The translations under genes were made by a program, and so were the position numbers. A stretch of DNA of 46,124 bases from Candidatus Micrarchaeota archaeon (GTDB lineage: Archaea > Micrarchaeota > Micrarchaeia > Anstonellales > Anstonellaceae): the NCBI GenBank assembly GCA_043806415.1, contig JAZDHB010000025.1, positions 1 through 46,124 on the forward strand, in the 5' to 3' direction. Positions 1-7,200 of this stretch are shown piece after piece; within the stretch, counting starts at the first letter, position 1; the number at the start of each line of letters is the position of its first letter. The notes under the pieces were generated by a model. It made no database searches, had not been told where the DNA came from, and worked only from the letters and a program-made list of their open reading frames with translations.

Positions 1-2
1 CC

Positions 3-299
3 CATCTTGCGGAATCCTCCTGCCTGTGGGAGCGGCGCATCGCCATCCTTGCCACATTCGCATTCATCCGAAATCGAAAATTCGAAATCCCGCTCAAGAT
101 TGCAACAATGCTTCTCGACGACAAGCACGACCTCATCCACAAGGCGGTCGGCTGGATGCTAAGGGAAGTGGGGAAACGGAATCGGGTCGTTGAGGAAGAC
201 TTCCTGCTTAAGCATTACAAGAAAATGCCCCGCACGATGCTACGATACGCGATCGAGCGGTTCGAACAGAAAAAGAAGAAGATGTATATGAAAAAATAA
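3..299 (+). CDS. DNA alkylation repair protein (AlkD-like HEAT-repeat family), C-terminal fragment; the 5' end lies outside the window
   Basis: The frame is open from the window edge. The translation ...[53 protein letters not shown]... carries the KA(V/I)GWxLRE region I associate with this family. Stop TAA at 297-299. Confidence 0.5.
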   Translation, partial: HLAESSCLWERRIAILATFAFIRNRKFEIPLKIATMLLDDKHDLIHKAVGWMLREVGKRNRVVEEDFLLKHYKKMPRTMLRYAIERFEQKKKKMYMKK

Positions 300-331
300 T
301 CTCATTTTCATTCTTTCAATAATTTCATTTC

Positions 332-1396
332 TCATTCTTTCGTCGCCAGCGCGAACCTCAAGAAGGCCGCCAGCCCGCCCACGCCGGCCAATTCCTTCCC
401 GCCGTCCGATTCGTGCGAGAAGATCATCACCTCGATGCCGTTGGTCTGCGCCAGCTCGATGATTTCCTCCACGTTCTTCTTCTGCCGCAGCACTTCGTCG
501 AGCACCATCACTTTGCGCGCCGCCGTGCTCTCCACGGCCAAGCGCACGTTCTTGAGGCCATAGCACACCTTGTCCGAGCTCTTGGCGATGCCCAGCTTGA
601 ATTCCTCCATCATCTGCAATTCCAGGGCCACCCGCTCCTCGGAGGCCACGCGGCCCACCACGCCTTTCTTGAGCAGCTCGTTCACGCCCGTCCGGTCGGC
701 GTAGGTGCAATGCTCCAGCACGAAGAGCGAGGCGAGCTTGGGGTTCTTCTCCTTGGCCCATTTGATGAAATTCGTCGCCGCGAAGCCCGGCCCGGCGATG
801 ACGATGCGGTGCACCTCCTTGAGGTTTTCCAGCCTCGACAAAAGCTCGCCGAAGAACTGTTTCCCTTCTTCAGCCTGCTTTTTCGCCTCGTCGCGCTTGG
901 AGCCCTTGTATTCCAGCTCCCATTCGTAGCTCACGCCGAAACCGCGCACGGTGGCGAACGCGGCCTCCCTCTCGTCCATCACGAGCAGGTAGAGCCGGGG
1001 CCGTTTCGTCTCGGCCATCGCCTGCTTGATGCGCTCGAGGTGGTGCTGCTTCCAGTCCTTGTAGATGGAAATGGCGAAATTGGGTTCCACGTCCAGCGTG
1101 TGGTACGAGCCCACCTGCACGAATTCCTCCGGCGTGCCCGAGATGATCTTGCCGCTCACGCGCAGGCGGTTGGCATGGCGCGCGAACTCGATCTTCTCGG
1201 CCGAGAGCCGGACGTTGATCTTCTTCTTCTCGGCGGCGGCCGCTTCGCTGGCCTTGAAGGTGCGCCATGACACGCCTTCCACCTGGTCCCCCTCGGACAG
1301 TATCCGCTCGATGTGCCAGAGGTCTTCCAGGTTCTCCGGAGTGAGCTTGATGAGGTTCTCGGAGCGGTCCTGCTTGTTGATTCGCATGCTTTCCAT
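332..1396 (-). CDS. pelA: Pelota (aDom34) ribosome rescue factor
   Basis: Only the C-terminal 354 aa of the 879-aa track ORF is taken as coding, starting MESMRINKQDRSENLIKLTPENLEDLWHIERIL. ATG at 1394-1396 is in frame with the stop at 332. The Pelota/eRF1-like domain order is present (IAGPGF, ...VLDEVLR...). The upstream part of the long ORF is antisense to ABCE1. Confidence 0.9.
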   Translation of the reverse strand: MESMRINKQDRSENLIKLTPENLEDLWHIERILSEGDQVEGVSWRTFKASEAAAAEKKKINVRLSAEKIEFARHANRLRVSGKIISGTPEEFVQVGSYHTLDVEPNFAISIYKDWKQHHLERIKQAMAETKRPRLYLLVMDEREAAFATVRGFGVSYEWELEYKGSKRDEAKKQAEEGKQFFGELLSRLENLKEVHRIVIAGPGFAATNFIKWAKEKNPKLASLFVLEHCTYADRTGVNELLKKGVVGRVASEERVALELQMMEEFKLGIAKSSDKVCYGLKNVRLAVESTAARKVMVLDEVLRQKKNVEEIIELAQTNGIEVMIFSHESDGGKELAGVGGLAAFLRFALATKE

Positions 1397-1410
1397 AGGG
1401 GCAGAAGGTC

Positions 1411-1438
1411 TATAAAAACCCCGGAACCCATAATAGAA
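1411..1438. promoter_or_regulatory. Divergent promoter region with two A/T boxes (tataaaaa 1411-1418, ataataga 1430-1437)
   Basis: The 63-bp gap between the pelota ATG (1396, minus) and the ABCE1 ATG (1460, plus) holds two A/T-rich boxes. Each lies about 20-27 nt from one of the start codons, consistent with archaeal TATA boxes and near-leaderless mRNAs. Confidence 0.5.
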
Positions 1439-1459
1439 GCCAAACACGGAGTATAGCTT

Positions 1460-3223
1460 ATGCCAAGAATCGCGATTATCGACCGAGACAAGTGCATCAA
1501 GGAGAAATGCGGCTACATCTGCCAGAAGGTCTGCCCGGGCGTGCAGATGGGCGACGATACGGTGACGGTGGACGCCGACGGCTTCCCGGTCATCTCGGAG
1601 ATATTGTGCACCGGCTGCGGCATCTGCCCCAAGAAATGCCCGGTGGACTGCATCACCATCATCAACCTCGCCGAGGAGGGCGGGGTGAAGATGCACCAGT
1701 ACGGCGTGAATTCCTTCCGCCTCTACGGCATGCCCCTGCCCCAGAAGGGCGTGACGGGCCTCATCGGAAAGAACGGCATCGGCAAGAGCACGGCCCTCAA
1801 GATCCTCTCCAAAAGCATCGTCCCCAACATGGGCGATTACGCCGATCCCCCGCCCATGTCCGACGTCATCGCCCGCATGCCCAAGGAGGTCGGCTATTAT
1901 TTCAAGAGCCTGGGCGAGCAGAAGATCAAGGTCTCGCTCAAGCCCCAGAACGTGGACAAGATCCCCTCGCTTTTCGGCGGAAAGGTAAAAGACCTGCTCG
2001 AGAAAACCGACGAGCGCGGCGCCCTTCCCGAAGCCATCAAGCTCTTCGAGCTGGAGAACATCATGGAGCGCCGCCTCCTGCAGATATCCGGCGGCGAGCT
2101 GCAGCGCGTGGCCATCGCGGCCGCCTATTGCAAGGACGCGGACATCTACTATTTCGACGAGCCGGCCAGCTACCTGGACATCTACCAGCGCCTGCGCGTG
2201 GCCCGCGCGCTCAAGGAGCTGGCCGAGAAGAAGAACGTCATCGTCGTCGAGCACGACCTGGCCCTCTTCGACTACCTGAGCGACTACGTCTATGTCTTCT
2301 TCGGCCAGGAGAACGCCTACGGCATGGTGTCGGGCCTCAAGAACACCCGCTCGGGCGTCAATGATTATCTGCGCGGTTTCCTGCGAGAGGAGAACATCCG
2401 CTTCCGCGACCACGAGATCGTGTTCGACCGCTCGGCCCAGATGGGCACCAACAAGAAGACGCGCTTCTCCTACCCGGAGTTGAAACGGAAATTGGGGCAA
2501 TTCCGCTTCCAGGCGCAGCCCGGCCAGCTGCACGAGGGTGAGATCGTGGGCATCGTGGGCCGCAACGCAACCGGCAAATCCACCTTCGTGCGCATGCTCG
2601 CCGGCGTGGAGAAGAACGACGGCGAGGAGATCGGCCTTTCGATGCGCGTGTCCTACAAGCCGCAGTACATCCAGGCGCAGGGCGGGCGGACGGTGGGCGA
2701 GCTGTTCATGGCCAGCAAGCTGGATGCCATGGTGTTCGAGCAGGCGCGAGCGAAACTGAACGTCGAATCGCTCATGGACAAGGACCTCGAGCACCTCTCC
2801 GGGGGCGAGTTGCAGCGCGTGGCCATCGTGCTGGCCCTCTCGCAGGACGCGGACCTCTATCTCCTGGACGAGCCCAGCGCGTTCCTCGACGTCGAGCAGC
2901 GCCTTCATTTGGCCAAGCTCGTGCACAACCTCATCGAGAATTCCAGGAAGACGGCGTTCGTGGTGGACCACGATCTTGTGCTCATCGACGCCATTTCCAC
3001 GCGCGTCATGGTGTTCGAGGGCGAGCCGGGCGTCTCGGGCGCGGCCTCCGCCCCGACCGACAAGCGCACGGGCCTGAACAAATTCCTCAAAGAGGTGGAC
3101 ATCACGCTGCGGCGCGACCCGGAGACCTTCCGGCCGCGCATCAACAAGAGCGATTCGGCCCTCGACCGCGAGCAGAAGGCGGCGGGCGAATACTACTATT
3201 ACGATCCGGACGCCGATAAGTAG
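1460..3223 (+). CDS. abcE1: ABCE1 / RNase L inhibitor-type ribosome recycling ATPase
   Basis: N-terminal FeS domain (CxxCxxxCP, CTGCGICPKKCP). Two ABC cassettes with Walker A GLIGKNGIGKST and GIVGRNATGKST, and signature LSGGELQR in both. 587 aa. Confidence 0.95.
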   Translation: MPRIAIIDRDKCIKEKCGYICQKVCPGVQMGDDTVTVDADGFPVISEILCTGCGICPKKCPVDCITIINLAEEGGVKMHQYGVNSFRLYGMPLPQKGVTGLIGKNGIGKSTALKILSKSIVPNMGDYADPPPMSDVIARMPKEVGYYFKSLGEQKIKVSLKPQNVDKIPSLFGGKVKDLLEKTDERGALPEAIKLFELENIMERRLLQISGGELQRVAIAAAYCKDADIYYFDEPASYLDIYQRLRVARALKELAEKKNVIVVEHDLALFDYLSDYVYVFFGQENAYGMVSGLKNTRSGVNDYLRGFLREENIRFRDHEIVFDRSAQMGTNKKTRFSYPELKRKLGQFRFQAQPGQLHEGEIVGIVGRNATGKSTFVRMLAGVEKNDGEEIGLSMRVSYKPQYIQAQGGRTVGELFMASKLDAMVFEQARAKLNVESLMDKDLEHLSGGELQRVAIVLALSQDADLYLLDEPSAFLDVEQRLHLAKLVHNLIENSRKTAFVVDHDLVLIDAISTRVMVFEGEPGVSGAASAPTDKRTGLNKFLKEVDITLRRDPETFRPRINKSDSALDREQKAAGEYYYYDPDADK

Positions 3224-3253
3224 GCGGCGGATGGACGGCGGGCCGGGAGACTC

Positions 3254-3928
3254 ATGGAAATCAAACCCGTATCAACAGGCCCAATGGGCAATGCCAACCC
3301 CAAACCCCGGAGCAATCCCATCGTCAAAGTCAAGGATGCGTTCGATAAGGCCAAACCCCCGCCCGAAACCCCTGCTTCTTCCGCCCAGACGGCGCCGGGC
3401 CGCTCCGAGGAGGACCATCGGGTCGCGGCCCACGATTACCTCCAATCCTTTTACCGCGAGCACCGCACGCTGCTTGATTCGATCCCCAAGGCGTATGCCC
3501 GGACGCTCCGGTCCGCCCAGGAGGGAGATTTACAAGGGGCCGAACAAGGTCTTGACAAGGCTTTGAACCTCACCAACCGGCTCAAAGGCATCACCCGCGA
3601 TGCGCGCGAGCTTCTGCAATCTTCCGGCGAGGCCGTGGCGGATAGCAGCCAGGCGGTCCATTACCCGAAAATGGATGCCTTGCTTGGGCTGGAGAATGTG
3701 CTGGCGGTTGCGGCCACGGTGCCAAACCTCCATCTGGGAGTCTATTTCCGAACCGCCGCCAAGCTCACCCCGGAGCAGAAGGACGCCTCGCTGGCCGAAC
3801 TCAAACAAAGCACGGATAAGCTCGTGGGGATTTACGGGCGCCTGCACGCGCTCGGCAACGGGCCGGAGCATCTGTCCGATTTCCTTGTCTCGGAAGTGGC
3901 GCCATTCTCGGTTGACCGGAAAGCCTGA
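3254..3928 (+). CDS. Hypothetical protein (Pro-rich N-terminus, helical C-terminal part)
   Basis: 224-aa ORF whose codon usage resembles that of neighbouring genes. I recognise no family motif. Confidence 0.5.
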   Translation: MEIKPVSTGPMGNANPKPRSNPIVKVKDAFDKAKPPPETPASSAQTAPGRSEEDHRVAAHDYLQSFYREHRTLLDSIPKAYARTLRSAQEGDLQGAEQGLDKALNLTNRLKGITRDARELLQSSGEAVADSSQAVHYPKMDALLGLENVLAVAATVPNLHLGVYFRTAAKLTPEQKDASLAELKQSTDKLVGIYGRLHALGNGPEHLSDFLVSEVAPFSVDRKA

Positions 3929-4007
3929 GCCCCCTCGTTGTCATCGACAAGCCGGCAGAGAAACCGCCTGCTTCAGCGGGCGGAGCAAATGCCGGCGCCG
4001 GCTCAAC

Positions 4008-4182
4008 CATCGGCCCGCAGCCGATGGTGCAACAAGGCTCGACGCGTCGAGCCTTGTTTGTGTCGAGAAGCCGCCGAATGAGCACCAAACCCAGCCCTCC
4101 CGATTCGCCCTTCTGGGCGAATGGGCATCGTGGCGCGAATCGTCGCGCCACGATTGTTAGGGCTGGGTGCTCTTCGGCGGCT
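4008..4182. other. Cluster of GC-rich perfect inverted repeats that can form a three-way junction; candidate structured RNA or palindromic element
   Basis: Hairpin 4008-4026. Perfect 28-nt palindrome 4031-4058. Nested outer stems 4069-4078/4173-4182, 4080-4084/4168-4172 and 4090-4097/4160-4167 enclose hairpins 4103-4122 and 4127-4154. Confidence 0.5.
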
Positions 4183-4219
4183 ATGATTCCACGGACTTCG
4201 CGCCCGCGCCTTTGGGCTC

Positions 4220-7200
4220 CTATTCCATTTTGGCAATCGGCAGGCTCACTTCGATGGTGGTCATCTTCCCGCCATAGGCCGGCCCCAAATCCGTGAATCC
4301 GATCGTGCCTCCCATCTGCTCGGCGGCCCACTTGCAGTACCAGAGGCCCACTCCGGTCGAGCCTTCTTTGCGGTTCTCCAGCTTGGTGTTGTAGTCGAAG
4401 GCGTGCGCCGCCATGCCGGCCGAAAGCCCCGGGCCGTCGTCCGACATGCGGATCTTCACATCCGAAGGCCCGATCACGACTTCAATTTTTCCTGCGCTCG
4501 ACCCATAGCGCTCTGCATTGGACACCAAGTTTTCAATTATCGCCCGAACCATAAGGGGGTTGTAGTTCGCGAAAACGCTCTCGTCCTGAAGCCGGATGGG
4601 TTCCAGAGCGGAGCCATCTGTGGTCTTGTAATACTGCACGTCCATGCTTATGCGGCGGTTTTTGGTGCTGTTTGCGCAGGCATCATAGATGGTCAGGGCG
4701 ATGTTGTTCAGCCGGATCTGCGTGGAGCCTTCCATTTCGCTTAGGGCGATGTCCAGCCCGTCTTGGGCGAATTTGAAAAGGTCGATGAATTCATCCATCT
4801 CTTGCCCGCCCTGCTGGTTTTCGAGCAGGGGGATGACCTTATCCAGCGCGGCACGGGTCGTTTCGATGTTCTTCTCCATGTCTGCGATGATTTGGGCGGG
4901 CTCGCGCGGCATCTGCACCGATTCGCTGCCCGGTCCCGTCTGCGGGGGTTTCTTGGATTTGGCCAATTCGTCGAACAGACGGCCCATCTCCCCCCCGGAT
5001 TTGGATACGAGCTTGAGGTTCTCCACGAGGGCAGGGGGCGAAGATTCCTGATTTATGTCCATGAGTATGATTTCAGCCAAATTTCTCGGCGTTATGGCAA
5101 GGTTTTTTGCATTGTGCATGATGCCCACTTTCAGCATCTCGGCCATTTCCTCGCTGGCCGTGTTGCCCAATTCTTCAATGTTTTTTAGGGCCGCGTTCTC
5201 GCCGGTTTGTTTAGCTACCTTCCGTTCTTCTATCCTATCATTTATATTTGGCTGGGCGATGACCTTGCCTCCTTCGTAGATATTTGAAAATTCGCTTGTC
5301 CACTTTACATCGAATAGGGGCGTGCCGGCGGGGTCAGTTCCGGCATATTCTATTATGTGCCCTGCATCCGTTGAGGACGGGGCATAAAACAGGGCGTTCT
5401 TGTATCTCCCGCTTGCGCTTCTTGCCATCCCGCCGATCACGTCGGCACCGGATTTGCATCCCACGACTATGACTGAGGGGTGCGGAATGAAATACTTGGA
5501 GAGATCCCCGCCATAGGCGATTCCGACCCCAGAGACAAGGCCGCTGATCGCGTTTCCAAGCTGCATGGTTCTTTTCGTCGAGTGCCCGGAAACCCAGACG
5601 GAGGAGATCAAATCGCCATACAAGCCGGCTGTTTTTGCGATCTCGTTCTTAGCGTCTTTGGCGCTGCCAACCTCCACAATCCGCGCGTCCATGTTCTCGC
5701 ACAGCCCTTCGATATTCTTTATATCCCCGTAAAACGCTCCATTCCAATCTCTCAATGGATTGATGATAACCATCAAAGGTTTGAGTGGATTTCGTTTTCC
5801 GTAATTGTCATACTGGTTAATCAGCGTTTCAAGCGAGTACCTTCCAAAGAATTCGATACCGTTGTTCTTGTGAAGAAATTCCACTGCGCCCGGTCGCTCA
5901 AATTCCAGTGCATCCATTGCGCATGCATTTATGATTAAATCCGCCAAACCCCGGTTGTAATGCGGGTATTTCTTGCGGAATTCTTCTGGCGCATCCCGGA
6001 TATTCTGTAGATTCTCTCCAAATGATCGGCCTGCCTCCATATGATTGCGAAGTTTTACCAGCCCGTTGCCTATACTTACGTCTCCGTCTTTCTTGAAATT
6101 GGATAGAATAACCCCGACCAAATCTCTATATTCCGGGCTAAAAGACGGGGAATTGATGATTCGGAGATACTCGGATACGCTGAACGCGCAACCCGCACGC
6201 TTGGACCCGCGGATTATCTTTTCCACGCAGTCAGCGTCGATAACGTCAAACTTTTCCCATGCAACCGACTTGGGCAGCTCGAAAGGGCGCCCGAACTTCT
6301 TTTCATAAATTTCCTGAATTTTGTCGATGCTGGCTTTTTTGTCAAGTTCGGCTTTTGCATCCATGCCCGAAGCTTGCCCGGTCTTGCTGTCCGGTTTGGT
6401 CTGATCCGTGGCAACGGGTGTCTCAAACTTCTCGACCATCCGGTCGGGCTGTGTCTTTTCCCGCTCCTTCCATGATGTTTTCTTGTCCCATTTCGAGACC
6501 TTGATTTCTTTGCCGCCTAAATTAGCTTTCTTGATTGCTTTCTTAACGTATCTCCTGAATTTTACCGTTCCTAATAACCCATACGAAAAACTCATGCATC
6601 GGTCATATGTCCCGTCCCCAAGCTTTTCATCCAGCGCGGCCTTGAGCCGGGCGTGATTGCCATTGAAATAAGCGTCATTCATGACATCCTGCCCGACGAT
6701 TTGCTCCAGATAATAAGCTCCCTCCACCGCCGACCCATACACTCTGCTGCTTTTCACGCCATTCTTCTCCAAAATGGCCTCCGTGAGGAGTTGGGTGTAT
6801 CCTTCGTTGAATGCGCCGTCTTTCCCCAAGGAGCCTAGGTAGTGGTGAGTCTCATGGATGAGTACGGAGACGCTTCTGGCCCTGGCTTTGGGCATGCCCG
6901 CCCGCTCTACCAGAATGATATCTGTTGTGGGGTAATATTCGCCCATCCTTGCCAATATCAATGGGAACAAGACATTGGCTCCCAGCACCATCGGCGGGTT
7001 CTCCTGCAGGAACTTGCCCTGGGGCGTCCCTTCGTATTCTTTTTCCATCAAACGCATTGCCTTGGTAAACCCGTCTGTGGTGGTCACGTCGGTCTTGTTC
7101 AAGGAGCCCCTGTACGCCACTCCGCGCACTTTGCTTCTGTTTCCCTGATAGTTTTTGACATATCCTCCGGCATCTTTTGTCGAGTAGCGCCGGATGTTCT

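Noticed and set aside
332-2971. 879-aa minus-strand ORF that would make Pelota a giant protein
   Set aside because: Only the last 354 aa look like Pelota. The upstream 525 aa are Arg/Ala/His/Leu-rich and lie antisense to the well-supported ABCE1 gene. Long stop-free antisense frames of this kind are expected at ~60% G+C.
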